A stretch of 64,000 nt of DNA. Source: an uncultured Fimbriimonas sp. (GTDB taxonomy: Bacteria; Armatimonadota; Fimbriimonadia; Fimbriimonadales; Fimbriimonadaceae). The first letter of the stretch is position 1. Each line of letters opens with the position of its first letter. Where the stretch lies: NCBI GenBank assembly GCA_964471545.1, contig CAYYJX010000003.1, positions 336-64,335 on the forward strand, written 5' to 3'. Below are positions 9,900 through 20,025 of this stretch, piece by piece. Position numbers and translations under genes: made by a program. The notes under the pieces are model-generated. The model was not told the DNA's origin, made no database searches, and was given only the letters and a program-made list of their open reading frames with translations.

Positions 9900-10433
9900 T
9901 TATGCCTCCTCTCCGGCGGTCAGCACCACCGCATCCTCTCCATCGTATTCGTTTACTCGAACGATGATTCGATCGCTTTTCTCCGTCGGGATCGTTCGAC
10001 CGCAGTAGTTCGGCTGGATCGGCAATTCTCGGTGACCGCGGTCCACTAGAACGGCAAGCTTGACCTGTGAAGGTCGACCGTGTCGCATCAAACCGTCCAA
10101 AGCCGCACGAGTGGTCCGCCCCGTGAAAATGACTTCGTCTACGAGGATGACGTTCTTGCCGCTGACCTCAAACGGAATCTCGGAGTCATCGGCGGTGACC
10201 ACGGGCTTATCGTCTCGAAAAGCTCGCGGGTCGAGTTTGCCGCACGGAATGGTGGTCCCCTCGATCTGAGTCATAAGGAACGCCAGACGCTTTGCGATAG
10301 GCCAACCCCGCCGCATGATGCCAACCACCACAAGATCGTTGGCCCCTTGATTGTCTTCCAGAATCTCATGCGCCATTCGGCCTAGAGTTCTGCGCATGTC
10401 TCCTGAATCGAGAATGACCGCTCCCATGGTCAC
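9900..10433 (-). CDS. pyrR: PyrR bifunctional regulator / uracil phosphoribosyltransferase
   Basis: RMAHEILE, ILVDEVIFTGRTTRAAL, LAVLVDRGHRELPIQPNYCG. Confidence 0.94.
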   Translation of the reverse strand: MTMGAVILDSGDMRRTLGRMAHEILEDNQGANDLVVVGIMRRGWPIAKRLAFLMTQIEGTTIPCGKLDPRAFRDDKPVVTADDSEIPFEVSGKNVILVDEVIFTGRTTRAALDGLMRHGRPSQVKLAVLVDRGHRELPIQPNYCGRTIPTEKSDRIIVRVNEYDGEDAVVLTAGEEA

Positions 10434-10821
10434 CCGAATTATGACCGACAGAACCCCTCTTCCGGGGGCGTAAACGTACTAGAGCGGCGCGAACACCAGA
10501 TAAAGAGTCGCCGATAGGGATCGGGCAAGGAAAACAGGTTCGACTTCCGATGTTTCAAGGAACATCCTTTTAGCCTGTTGCGTAGCCTTTCGCGGGGATA
10601 TTGAATGAAATCCGCATGAAGTTCAGGACTTCAGCGGTAAACATTCATGTACGGTCAAAGTCGCCCAGCAGGCAATCCAAACGAACTATTCCAATTCGGA
10701 ACTGTTCAACTGTATGTAAGTTGCGATAGCGCAGCGAACATTAAGCGACTCTGTCCGTCTAGTCCTGACGATCCAACTCGTGATTCGTTTCCGAGTTGAA
10801 TCTAAGACAGATAAGGAAACC

Positions 10822-12387
10822 ATGAGTTCGATTCCGGCGAATAGCGACGCTTCCAGCAACCCTCCGCTGTACGACAGCGTGAATCTGGAGGTTGTCAAAC
10901 CAGATCCCGAACTCGCCAACCTTGTCCCGGGCGAGTATGCCCTTAAGAATCAAGTTTTGCCGATGCGGCGCGAAGGCGATTCTCTGGTGGTCGCAATCGG
11001 CTCGGTCGCCTCGCTACCCGCCATTGACGACCTGGGTGTTCTTCTGCAAACCGATATCGTGCCTGTGATGGCCGATGCGGCGATGCTAAGAGAGAAGATC
11101 GAAGAGGTCTTCCTAGAGCGCATTCTGAGCCAACTGCCCGGCTCCCAAGATAACGAGCCCACGAACGACGTTAACGAGAACACGGACCTTGCGGACCTCA
11201 CGAAGATGGCTTCGGAGACCGCCGTTGTTCAGATGGTGAACCTCATGTTCGCGCAGGCGGTACGAGACGGCGCTTCCGACATTCACATTGAGCCGTACGA
11301 GAAAGAAGTCAAGGTTCGATACCGAATCGACGGCATGCTCGGCGAGATGCTTCGTCCGCCGAAGCGGATGCACGCGGCCCTCATCTCGCGTCTGAAAATT
11401 CTTGGCGAAATGAACATCGCCGAGCGTCGACTTCCCCAAGACGGTCGCATTAAAATCACGATTGCGGGAAGGCAAATCGACGTTCGGGTTTCCATTCTCC
11501 CCACTGTCTTTGGCGAGCGCGCGGTTATGCGGATCCTCGATAAGGGCACCGCGATGTTGGGTCTTGAGGAACTCGGATTGGCTCCAGACCTCCTTGAGCG
11601 CTATCGCAAGGTCATCTCCCAGCCGTACGGAATCATTCTGGTAACGGGTCCGACGGGTGCGGGTAAATCCACGACGCTCTACGCCTCTTTGCAAGAGATT
11701 TGGTCTCCGCACACCAACATTCTCACAGTCGAAGATCCGGTCGAATACCAAGTTCCGGGCATCGGCCAGATTCAAGTTCGACCGAACATTGGGCTCACTT
11801 TCGCGGCGGGTCTTCGAAGCATCGTGCGACAAGACCCAGACGTGGTCATGGTGGGTGAAATCCGTGACCATGAAACGGCGGAAATCGCTATCCACGCGGC
11901 TCTTACGGGTCACTTGGTGTTCTCCACCCTGCACACCAACGACGCACCTGGCGCCATCACTCGATTGCTCGACATGGGTGTGGAGCCGTTCTTGGTCGCG
12001 TCATCGCTCATCGGCGTTGTTGCCCAACGTCTTATTCGCCGCAACTGTGCAAACTGCCGCGAGGAATACGAACCCGCGTGGGAGCACATTCAAGCGATTG
12101 GATTTACCGAAGAAGAGGCACGTCGCACGAAGTTCCTGCGTGGCAAAGGTTGCGAGAAGTGCCAAGGTTCCGGATTCAAGGGTCGGGTCGGCGTTTACGA
12201 ATTATTCGTGGTTGACGACCACATCAAGAAGATGGTCGTCGACCGTGCCTCGAGTAACGAGTTGAAAGGATACGCAGTTCGCGAATACGGCATGCGAACC
12301 CTGCTCGGCGATGGTAAGCGAGCGGTGATGGAGGGCCGGACCACCGCACAAGAAGTGTTGCGCGTGATTCAGCGGGAGGAGTTCTAA
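10822..12387 (+). CDS. gspE: Type II secretion ATPase GspE/PilB
   Basis: ASDIHIEP, RRLPQDGR, Walker A GPTGAGKSTT, RQDPDVVMVGEIRD, TGHLVFSTLHTND, tetracysteine CANC...CEKC. ATG 10822 follows AAGGA. Confidence 0.93.
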   Translation: MSSIPANSDASSNPPLYDSVNLEVVKPDPELANLVPGEYALKNQVLPMRREGDSLVVAIGSVASLPAIDDLGVLLQTDIVPVMADAAMLREKIEEVFLERILSQLPGSQDNEPTNDVNENTDLADLTKMASETAVVQMVNLMFAQAVRDGASDIHIEPYEKEVKVRYRIDGMLGEMLRPPKRMHAALISRLKILGEMNIAERRLPQDGRIKITIAGRQIDVRVSILPTVFGERAVMRILDKGTAMLGLEELGLAPDLLERYRKVISQPYGIILVTGPTGAGKSTTLYASLQEIWSPHTNILTVEDPVEYQVPGIGQIQVRPNIGLTFAAGLRSIVRQDPDVVMVGEIRDHETAEIAIHAALTGHLVFSTLHTNDAPGAITRLLDMGVEPFLVASSLIGVVAQRLIRRNCANCREEYEPAWEHIQAIGFTEEEARRTKFLRGKGCEKCQGSGFKGRVGVYELFVVDDHIKKMVVDRASSNELKGYAVREYGMRTLLGDGKRAVMEGRTTAQEVLRVIQREEF

Positions 12388-13608
12388 TTGGCAACCTTCG
12401 CCTACACTCTTCTCGATCCTAGCGGTCGAAAGACATCCGGCGTCACAGAAGCGGCTACGATTGAGGCCGCCAAGATGGCGCTTGAGTCGGACGGGCGATT
12501 CGTTTTGGACATCCACGTCCAAAAGGGCAATTCGGCCTTTGCGCCCAAGGGTGCAGAGAAGAAAAGAAAGGGCAAACCGAGCAAATCCGATGTTGCTCTT
12601 TTCACCCGTCGTCTCGCCGACCTCGCTCTCGCAGGTCTACCGCTCGACCGTGCACTTCAAGTCGTTGCCGAACAGTCGGAAAACGAATCTTTGACGATGG
12701 TCGCGGAGGCGGCCCTGGAAGACGTCAAAGGCGGCTCTCAGGTGAGCGATGCCCTTGGCAAGTATCCGAAGCTCTTCCCTGAGATTTTCACCTCGACGCT
12801 CAAAGCGGGTGAGCAGTCCGGCCAGTTCGGAGACGTTGCCGAAAAACTCGCGGAAGTTTTGGAGAAAGAGGTTGCTCGCAAAAGCCAAGTGATCTCCGCC
12901 CTGATCTACCCTGGCATCCTCTCCTTGACTTCGGTGGGCGTTGTCATCTTCCTTCTCACCTTCGTCGTCCCCCGGATGTCGGGAGTCTTCAAGGACCTTG
13001 GAAAGGACCTTCCGGTCACGACCCAGATTCTGCTGACAACCACCGACTTTCTCACCCAGCAGTGGATGATCGTGATCGGTGGAATCATCGGCATCTTCGT
13101 CCTGTATCGACTGTGGGTCGCGACTCCTGCCGGAGCCGAGATGCGCGATGCGATGCTGATGCGCCTGCCGATTGCCGGTCCCATCGTTCAAAAGTCGACA
13201 ATTTCACGGTTCGCACGGGTGTTGGGCACGCTGGTTTACGGTGGCGTTCCGATTCTGGACGCTCTCCAGCTCGCCGGAACCGCGGCCGGAAACCTGGTCT
13301 TCAAGAAGAACGCTTTGAAGGTTCAGGAAGAGGTGCGTGAAGGTCGTGCCATTGCCGATTCCATGCGAGACACGGGCGCATTTCCGCCCGTTCTCACTCA
13401 CATGGTCGCCATTGGCGAAGAAACGGGCGACATTCCTCGCATGCTCGGCCGGGTTTCCAACTCGCTCGACTTCGAGGTCGACACCGCCCTTCGCCGAGCG
13501 ATCTCGATTGCCGAACCCACGATTCTGGTCGTAATGGGCGGCTTCGTTGGCTTCGTCGTCCTCTCCATCGTTCTGCCGATTTTCCAAGCACAAGAATTGG
13601 TCAAATAG
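12388..13608 (+). CDS. gspF: Type II secretion inner-membrane platform protein GspF/PilC
   Basis: FTRRLADL, AGEQSG, ALIYP, MVAIGEETG, SIVLPIF. Confidence 0.92.
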   Translation: MATFAYTLLDPSGRKTSGVTEAATIEAAKMALESDGRFVLDIHVQKGNSAFAPKGAEKKRKGKPSKSDVALFTRRLADLALAGLPLDRALQVVAEQSENESLTMVAEAALEDVKGGSQVSDALGKYPKLFPEIFTSTLKAGEQSGQFGDVAEKLAEVLEKEVARKSQVISALIYPGILSLTSVGVVIFLLTFVVPRMSGVFKDLGKDLPVTTQILLTTTDFLTQQWMIVIGGIIGIFVLYRLWVATPAGAEMRDAMLMRLPIAGPIVQKSTISRFARVLGTLVYGGVPILDALQLAGTAAGNLVFKKNALKVQEEVREGRAIADSMRDTGAFPPVLTHMVAIGEETGDIPRMLGRVSNSLDFEVDTALRRAISIAEPTILVVMGGFVGFVVLSIVLPIFQAQELVK

Positions 13609-13619
13609 GAAAAAGCACT

Positions 13620-14048
13620 ATGCAACGCAAACAAAGAAAACTAGGCTTCACCCTTATCGAATTGCTCGTGGTGATCCTCATCCTTGCCGTTCTCGCCGCA
13701 CTGATCGTTCCCCGAGTCGTCGGTCGAACGGGTGAAGCGAAGAAAGCCAAGGCTGCGTCGGACATCGCTACCCTGAGCAACCTTCTGCAACAGTTCCGAA
13801 TCGACTGCGATCGGTACCCGACCAGCGAAGAAGGACTCTCAGCACTCCGCGTGGCGCCTGCAGACGTTCAAGGTTGGAAGGGACCGTACCTTCAAAAGGA
13901 ACTTCCTGCCGACCCTTGGAACAACGAGTACGTCTATGAGTTCCCTGGAGCAGGCGGCGGTGACTCGTTCGCATTGATGTCTTACGGTGCCGATGGAGCC
14001 CCGGGTGGCGAAGGCGACAACGCAGACATCGGCGAAGGCGATATGTAA
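13620..14048 (+). CDS. gspG: Major pseudopilin GspG
   Basis: [61 protein letters not shown]. Confidence 0.95.
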   Translation: MQRKQRKLGFTLIELLVVILILAVLAALIVPRVVGRTGEAKKAKAASDIATLSNLLQQFRIDCDRYPTSEEGLSALRVAPADVQGWKGPYLQKELPADPWNNEYVYEFPGAGGGDSFALMSYGADGAPGGEGDNADIGEGDM

Positions 14049-14070
14049 TTTGGCCGGCGCATAGAGTTCC

Positions 14071-14742
14071 ATGGACCAATTGGCGACGCCCCGGATGCAG
14101 AAGCTATCCGCTCGATCGAGCGGACGGCTTTCGGTCGCCCGGGGCTTCACCCTCATCGAAATGATGGTGGTGACCACCGTACTCGCCATGCTCGCCGCAG
14201 TCGCCCTTCCTTCGCTTCTGTCTCTGCAAAGAGCCCAAGAGTCTCGAAGGAGCCTTTCCGATCTAGTTGCAGTAGCGCGGCTCACCGCCGGACAAGCGCG
14301 GCAGTCGGGGCGCACTTTTGAGTTGGTGATCGACGAGAACAACTCCACCGTCATTGCGCGGCCCGAGGCCGTCGATCAAGATCGGTTCCCCGCTATTCCA
14401 CCCACCACAAGCAATGGCCTTGCTTCTACCGGGTCTCAAGAGGTCGCCGATACGGAAGAAGCGGACACGCAAGCCACCGTTACCAAAACGCTTTCATCCG
14501 GCATTAAGATTCAATCCGCCACGGTGGATGACGAGTCGGTCACGGGCGAAACAATCGTCAAGTTCTACTCGGATGGATCCGCCCAACGCGCCATTATTCA
14601 GCTAACCGAAGGCGATGTAGACCGAACCCTGGTCATTGATCGCCAAGGCACCATTCAACTGGTACGCGGTCAATCCGATCTTGCACAAGATCGCTGGCCT
14701 GCCGGTGATCTCGAGCAACGACAAGGGGGAACGACGCCATGA
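14071..14742 (+). CDS. gspH: Minor pseudopilin GspH-like
   Basis: RGFTLIEMMVV prepilin motif; KFYSDGS; position after gspG. Confidence 0.75.
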   Translation: MDQLATPRMQKLSARSSGRLSVARGFTLIEMMVVTTVLAMLAAVALPSLLSLQRAQESRRSLSDLVAVARLTAGQARQSGRTFELVIDENNSTVIARPEAVDQDRFPAIPPTTSNGLASTGSQEVADTEEADTQATVTKTLSSGIKIQSATVDDESVTGETIVKFYSDGSAQRAIIQLTEGDVDRTLVIDRQGTIQLVRGQSDLAQDRWPAGDLEQRQGGTTP

Positions 14743-15152
14743 TTCGTCGCTCAGCCACCCAAAAGAGACGAGCTTTTACGCTGGTGGAAGCCCTTGCCGC
14801 ATTGGTCCTGCTTGGAGTGGGAATCGCGGCAGTGGTCACCGCCCAAGGGTCCCTTGGTCGAACCGAATCTCGGATGCAGGAGCTTCAAGTCATGGCACGG
14901 CTCGCCGAGTCGAAGCTTGCCGAGTTGATGGCTACCGAAGCCGCAAGCGTTTCCGACTCTGGCGATTTCACACAAGAGGGCGACAACGATCATGAGTGGG
15001 AACTCGTGGTCGATCCAAGCGGGATTGAGAACGTCAACGCGCTCCGACTCATCGTGCGAAAGGCAAACGCGCGCGCCAACGATCCCGAATACGAACTCAA
15101 TACGCTTCAGTTCGTAGCTCCGGGCGGCGGAACCACGGGGGCAACGCAGTGA
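14739..15152 (+). CDS. gspI: Minor pseudopilin GspI-like
   Basis: RAFTLVEALAALVLLGVG; position in the operon. Confidence 0.75.
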   Translation: MIRRSATQKRRAFTLVEALAALVLLGVGIAAVVTAQGSLGRTESRMQELQVMARLAESKLAELMATEAASVSDSGDFTQEGDNDHEWELVVDPSGIENVNALRLIVRKANARANDPEYELNTLQFVAPGGGTTGATQ

Positions 15153-15919
15153 CGCTCTCTTCAACGAATTCGAAGCGATTCACCCGGCGGCGCACTCGAG
15201 GCATCACGTTGATCGAAATGGTCATCGTCGCCGTTTTGTTTGCCGTTCTCATCGTCAGTTCTTCGAACGCCTTTCTAGCCGCACTTTCCTACCCGCAGCG
15301 GCAATCGGCTGCGAGAGACTCTCGGCGACGAGGCATCGAGTTTGAGAATCGATTGCGGTCTTGGCTTGAGAACGCCTACCTATCAACTGTCAATACCGAC
15401 GCAAACAGCTTTTTCATCGGCGGAACGGTTTCGACCGAAACGACGGCGTCAGTGAACACCGATGGTTCGAGTCTGATCTTCACCGCCATGCGCCCTCGGC
15501 TCCCGAACGAGTTACTGGCTCAGGATCTCGATTTCGAATCTCTTAACGCGACGTATGGTCCAGAGACGGGAATGACCGAGGTTTCTTTCTCGTTGACACC
15601 GTTCCCAGATGCACCCACCGACACGGGACTGTTCGTGCGGCTCCAAACCCCGCCCGATGGAGACCCGACTCAGGGAGGTACCGAGTCACTGATCGATCCC
15701 GATATCACGTCGATTTCGTTCGAGTTCTGGGATGGTTCGACTTGGCAAACCGAGTGGAACACGCAGTCTCAGCAAGAGCCGAGGCTTCCGGCTGCGGTTC
15801 GAGTCACTTACCGACGCGAGCAAGACGATCAAGATCGTGTGCTGACAGTCAAGCTCCGATCTTCGGATGTCTCTTCGCTCAACCCTGTCTTTACCACCGG
15901 AGGCGATACCGGCCAATGA
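15149..15919 (+). CDS. gspJ: Minor pseudopilin GspJ-like
   Basis: RGITLIEMVIV; FEFWDGSTWQTEW and LPAAVRV typical of GspJ. Confidence 0.8.
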   Translation: MTLSSTNSKRFTRRRTRGITLIEMVIVAVLFAVLIVSSSNAFLAALSYPQRQSAARDSRRRGIEFENRLRSWLENAYLSTVNTDANSFFIGGTVSTETTASVNTDGSSLIFTAMRPRLPNELLAQDLDFESLNATYGPETGMTEVSFSLTPFPDAPTDTGLFVRLQTPPDGDPTQGGTESLIDPDITSISFEFWDGSTWQTEWNTQSQQEPRLPAAVRVTYRREQDDQDRVLTVKLRSSDVSSLNPVFTTGGDTGQ

Positions 15920-17196
15920 GACGAGATAGGGGTGTTGTTTTCGTCTTGACACTGGCGATTTTGGTTGCCGTTGTTAGCCTCTTGGCGATCGCTGCCGCGA
16001 ACCAACGCGGCGCCGTGCGCCAGGATCTCGGCGAGCTTGAGCAGCGTCGAGCAAAACTCGCCGCCGAGGCGGGTATTCAGCGCGCGATCGCCGAGTTGCA
16101 GTTGCTGATCGATACCCCGCCGGAAACGATGACCACTCAAGACGAGTGGGCGCTCTTGGGCAACAACGGCTCCGACATTTTCCGACTGGCGAAGTCCTCC
16201 TTCAGACTGCAAATTGCCGATAACTGTGGCTTCCTTGACGTCAATGCGCTGACGGAGGAACAACTGCAAACCCTTGGACTCAGCTTTGAGCAAATCGACT
16301 CTTTGCTCGACTGGCGAGAGGCCTCCGTCACGGAGCGTCCCCAGGGAGCCAAAGATGCCTACTACAACGGGCTCACCAACCCCTACAACGCTCGGTTGGG
16401 ACGTTTGCAGAGTCTGGACGAACTGCTTCTGGTGCGCGGATTTACACCTGCCACTCTCTATGGACCGCCGCCTTCGGCAAACTCCGGCAATGCGGGTCAG
16501 GCGGTTTCGAGCACGGCCATTCAGCTCACGCTCCCGCTGGCATCGATTCTCACAGTCGATGCATTCAGCTCCGTTAACGGACCGGGTGGAGACGCACGCA
16601 TCAACTTGAACGGTGGCGCGGTGACCGCACAGGCAATTGCAAATAGATTGCTAATCCCGCAAAACATCGCTCAACAGATCCTCGACCTACGAAACAATCG
16701 CCCGAACCAAGCGTTCACCAATCTCAGTGACGTTTTGCAGGTCCCAGGCATTCTCGGTAACCAGACCAACCTTCGCGCAATCATCGATGGCGCGACGATT
16801 TCTGCGACCGAGCGACAAGAGGGGCGAGTGAACATCAATACCGCTTCCCTGGATGTGATCTCCGCCATTCCCAACGTCACCCCGGAAATCGCCCAGCAGA
16901 TTGTCGATCGGCAAGCTCAAGGAGGCTTCGCGCTTCTTAGCGACATCCTGAGCATCTCTTCCGATCAGGCGCTCTTGCGAGCCACTCTAGACAGCTTTAC
17001 AACCCTGAGCAATACATTCCAGATCCGCGTTGAGGGGACCGCGGGTTCTGCCAAGGTGCGACTCGTTGCCATCGCCTCGATCGAGGCGGGTCAGGTACGC
17101 ATTCTTTCCGTCCAAGAGCCACCCTTTTCCGACATGCCCGCTCGATGGGGATGGACCGAAGGCGGCAACGAGATCATCCTCCAGGAGGGAGATTGA
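15916..17196 (+). CDS. gspK: Minor pseudopilin GspK
   Basis: RGVVFVLTLAIL, DSLLDWRE, SLDELLLVRG, RVNINTAS helix-hairpin-helix motifs. ATG 15916 overlaps the gspJ stop. Confidence 0.88.
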   Translation: MRRDRGVVFVLTLAILVAVVSLLAIAAANQRGAVRQDLGELEQRRAKLAAEAGIQRAIAELQLLIDTPPETMTTQDEWALLGNNGSDIFRLAKSSFRLQIADNCGFLDVNALTEEQLQTLGLSFEQIDSLLDWREASVTERPQGAKDAYYNGLTNPYNARLGRLQSLDELLLVRGFTPATLYGPPPSANSGNAGQAVSSTAIQLTLPLASILTVDAFSSVNGPGGDARINLNGGAVTAQAIANRLLIPQNIAQQILDLRNNRPNQAFTNLSDVLQVPGILGNQTNLRAIIDGATISATERQEGRVNINTASLDVISAIPNVTPEIAQQIVDRQAQGGFALLSDILSISSDQALLRATLDSFTTLSNTFQIRVEGTAGSAKVRLVAIASIEAGQVRILSVQEPPFSDMPARWGWTEGGNEIILQEGD

Positions 17197-18443
17197 AGAA
17201 AAACAACCGAACAATAGAAGGCATTCTTGAAATCGATCGCGGCGCGGTGAGGTTCTTTGCGCCCGGAAGCACGACCGGAACCACAGCTCGGAGCGTAGAG
17301 GAACTGGATCCGGGTCTCTTGCGAGGCAAAACGATTCATATCGTTTTGGGTCGGTCCTTGACGTTTGTTCGGTCGATCTCGCTTCCAGAAGCGAGCGCAG
17401 CCGATACCGCTATTCTGGTCCGCGGCAAGCTCGGAGACCTCTTCCCGGTTCCCCCAGCCGATCTTTCCCATGATCTCGAGCGCACGAATCAGCTAACCGG
17501 CGACGGGCGGATGGTGACGGTTTACGCCACACGCAACGAAGTCATCAACACCATTCTGACGGCTTCGAAAGAGGTGGGCTTTGAACTTGGGTGCATGACC
17601 CCGATCACTTCGCTTGCCGCCTCAGCCATCGGAGGAAAGCCGAACGCCATTGTGGTGGAGAGGCTTCCTGGTGGCTTCGGGTTAGACGTCATTCAAAACG
17701 GTGTGCTGACGATGTCTCGTGCGGTTGGCGAGAATCACAGCATCGAGTCTGAAGTGGCGCGACTCCAAAGTCTGTTTGGCGAATTCCCTGCCGAGGTCTT
17801 TGCATCGAGCGGGATTCTTGAAGGGTCGAGAGCGGGATCGGTTCCGCCGCTGGCCACAACAGTTCCCACGGTTCCCCTTATCGACCTGGAACCTGCTACG
17901 GTTCGCGAAGGACGCGAGGAAAAGACCCGTCAGTATCGCAAGCGAGTAGGGCTCCTCGTTTTCTTAGCCGGCTTCTCCACGCTTGCTCTTGCTCTGAACG
18001 ACTATTTCGATCAGTCCGACAAAGTCGAGCGAGCGCAAAAGAAGGCGAACACCGAGGTAAGCCGAATGACCAAGCTTCAAACCCTGGTTGAGGGCGAAGT
18101 CAACAAGCTGAACCCGCAGGCCGAGAAGTTGAATCGGGCTTTCCAGCCGGCGCAGCGTCTAAGCGACATCGCGAAGGTGATCTCTCAAATCACGCCTCAA
18201 GGTGCTTGGTTGAACGGAATCGTTCTTGAGCGAGGAAAGATGATCAGCATTCGCGGCACCGCAAAGGATCCTGAAGCGGTGGCGACCTTCGTGAAGTCCC
18301 TCGCCGAACAAAATCGGTTCCGAGACGTAAAGCTGCTGTTCGCCAACTCGGCTGAAATTGAGTCTGAACCGGTGGTTCAGTTCAGCGTCACCGCCATTGC
18401 CGTTGGCAACCTGCCCGTGATCGATGCGAGCAAGAAGAAATGA
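17193..18443 (+). CDS. GspL / PilM-PilN-like alignment protein
   Basis: Cytoplasmic actin-like N-terminal part, one TM helix, coiled coil, PilN-like C-terminus (AWLNGI...ISIRGTA...FVKSL). TTG 17193 overlaps the gspK stop. Confidence 0.7.
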   Translation: MKKNNRTIEGILEIDRGAVRFFAPGSTTGTTARSVEELDPGLLRGKTIHIVLGRSLTFVRSISLPEASAADTAILVRGKLGDLFPVPPADLSHDLERTNQLTGDGRMVTVYATRNEVINTILTASKEVGFELGCMTPITSLAASAIGGKPNAIVVERLPGGFGLDVIQNGVLTMSRAVGENHSIESEVARLQSLFGEFPAEVFASSGILEGSRAGSVPPLATTVPTVPLIDLEPATVREGREEKTRQYRKRVGLLVFLAGFSTLALALNDYFDQSDKVERAQKKANTEVSRMTKLQTLVEGEVNKLNPQAEKLNRAFQPAQRLSDIAKVISQITPQGAWLNGIVLERGKMISIRGTAKDPEAVATFVKSLAEQNRFRDVKLLFANSAEIESEPVVQFSVTAIAVGNLPVIDASKKK

Positions 18444-19249
18444 TCACTTTTAAGGACCCCCGAGACCAACTAGGATCCAGCTTGTTTGTTGGAGGCATCG
18501 TGTTGCTCACGACTTCTCTGGTCATGTTCTTGTTCGTGCATCCACCTAGCACCAAGGGTATCCAGGGCAAGAAACTCGCCAAGTTGAGACAGGCCTCGAT
18601 TGCGATTGACAACGCGAACGAGCGCATTGCGGTAATCGAACAAGTGTTCGAGAAAACGAAGTGGAAGGAGAAGCCCGATTTGATCACAGGTCAGGTTCTC
18701 TCGATCGTCCGAGCCGCAACGTCGAAGGCATCGGTGAAGATGATCAGTTTCCGACCGCAAAGAACGGTTGAAACCACCGACCTTTTACAGCTTCCTTACG
18801 TTCTAGCCGTAGACGGATCATTTCCGAATGTCGTGAAGTTCGTTCAGTCGATCGAAGAGAGTGACGCGAAACTCGCCGTGAGTTCGTTCCAACTTGCTTC
18901 CGCCGAGGGAACCAGCGATTTCGTTACCGCGAGTGTGGGTCTGGTGGCTTATCGCGATCCCTACACCCCAGGTTCTGATTCGTCCAAGGCGAAGGATTCA
19001 GTGCAGAGTTCTGAAGCAACCGCCGGAGCATCGGACACGGAATCGGAAAAACCGGAAAAGGGTCTCAATCCAGCGACTAAGTCAAGCAGTGTAGCAACGA
19101 AGTCTGAGCCGGAAAAGAGCGTTACCGGTGGGGCGAAGGACGCAAAAGAAACTAATGCCGAAGCGACTAACGTAGGGAAATTGGAATCGAAGAAGCAAAC
19201 AAAGAGCGAAAAGCCCAAAACGATTGATCCGGTCGCTCCCAAATCTTAA
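18440..19249 (+). CDS. GspM / PilO-like protein with a low-complexity Lys/Ser/Glu tail
   Basis: N-terminal TM; LAVDGSFPNVVKFVQSIE resembles PilO. Confidence 0.7.
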   Translation: MITFKDPRDQLGSSLFVGGIVLLTTSLVMFLFVHPPSTKGIQGKKLAKLRQASIAIDNANERIAVIEQVFEKTKWKEKPDLITGQVLSIVRAATSKASVKMISFRPQRTVETTDLLQLPYVLAVDGSFPNVVKFVQSIEESDAKLAVSSFQLASAEGTSDFVTASVGLVAYRDPYTPGSDSSKAKDSVQSSEATAGASDTESEKPEKGLNPATKSSSVATKSEPEKSVTGGAKDAKETNAEATNVGKLESKKQTKSEKPKTIDPVAPKS

Positions 19250-19269
19250 TTGAACCTAGCAGCAAGAAA

Positions 19270-20022
19270 ATGGCAGAGAAGAACGCACCTAAGAAGAATT
19301 CATCCCTGATCCCGATCCTTATCGGAGCAGTGGTCGTTGGCGCTGTTGGGCTCAAGTTGACCGAGCCGGAAGCTGCGCCTCCGCGCAAGCGCGCGCTGAC
19401 CCCAAAGACGTCGACCGCCAAGAAGTCGAAAGACAACTTTATTGAAGAGGACTACAAGGCAAAGTTTGAAGTGATTTCGGCTCCGATCAAGAACAGCTTT
19501 GTCCCGGAAGTCGCAAAGGCTTCCCTTAAGAACGCCTTTACCGCCGATGTGCCCAACGGCATTCCCGCAGCGTTTGCAGGCGGAGAGACGACTTGGCTTT
19601 ACACGGGACACGCGGAAATCGACGGACGACGAGTCGCCCTACTTGAGAACACCGCTACGGGAGCAACCGAGTTCTTGCGACTGAATCAAAAGTGGCGAAG
19701 CCTAACCGTAACCGACATCGGCGAAGAGTCGATCACGGTTGAAAGCCGAGGAACCTCTAAGGTGATTTCCCTTCCGACCACGGCAAGCTACGCCGGGACT
19801 GGTCAGCTCTCTCCGCTTCCGGTCGTCGTGCCGAACGGTGGACGAGCCCTTCGAGGCCCGATCGCAGGTGGTCCGGCGATGGATCAAGGCATGAGCGCAC
19901 CCGCTCCGGCCCGATCTCAGCCCGCAAACACTTTCGCTGAAACCACTCCAACTGACGGACAATTTATGATGGACCCGAACGCCCAAGGCGGAAATCGGGG
20001 ACGACGAGGACGACGAGGTTAA
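19270..20022 (+). CDS. GspC/PilP-position membrane-anchored protein
   Basis: Single TM, beta-rich middle, located just before the secretin. Confidence 0.5.
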   Translation: MAEKNAPKKNSSLIPILIGAVVVGAVGLKLTEPEAAPPRKRALTPKTSTAKKSKDNFIEEDYKAKFEVISAPIKNSFVPEVAKASLKNAFTADVPNGIPAAFAGGETTWLYTGHAEIDGRRVALLENTATGATEFLRLNQKWRSLTVTDIGEESITVESRGTSKVISLPTTASYAGTGQLSPLPVVVPNGGRALRGPIAGGPAMDQGMSAPAPARSQPANTFAETTPTDGQFMMDPNAQGGNRGRRGRRG

Positions 20023-20025
20023 TCC

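Noticed and set aside
10464-10498. GGGGGCG...CACCA resembling tmRNA/tRNA ends
   Set aside because: Only about 35 nt apart, with no cloverleaf, T-arm or tag frame.
10434-10620. PyrR attenuator upstream of pyrR
   Set aside because: No ARUCCnGnGAGGYU motif, and a -10 lies directly before the start codon.
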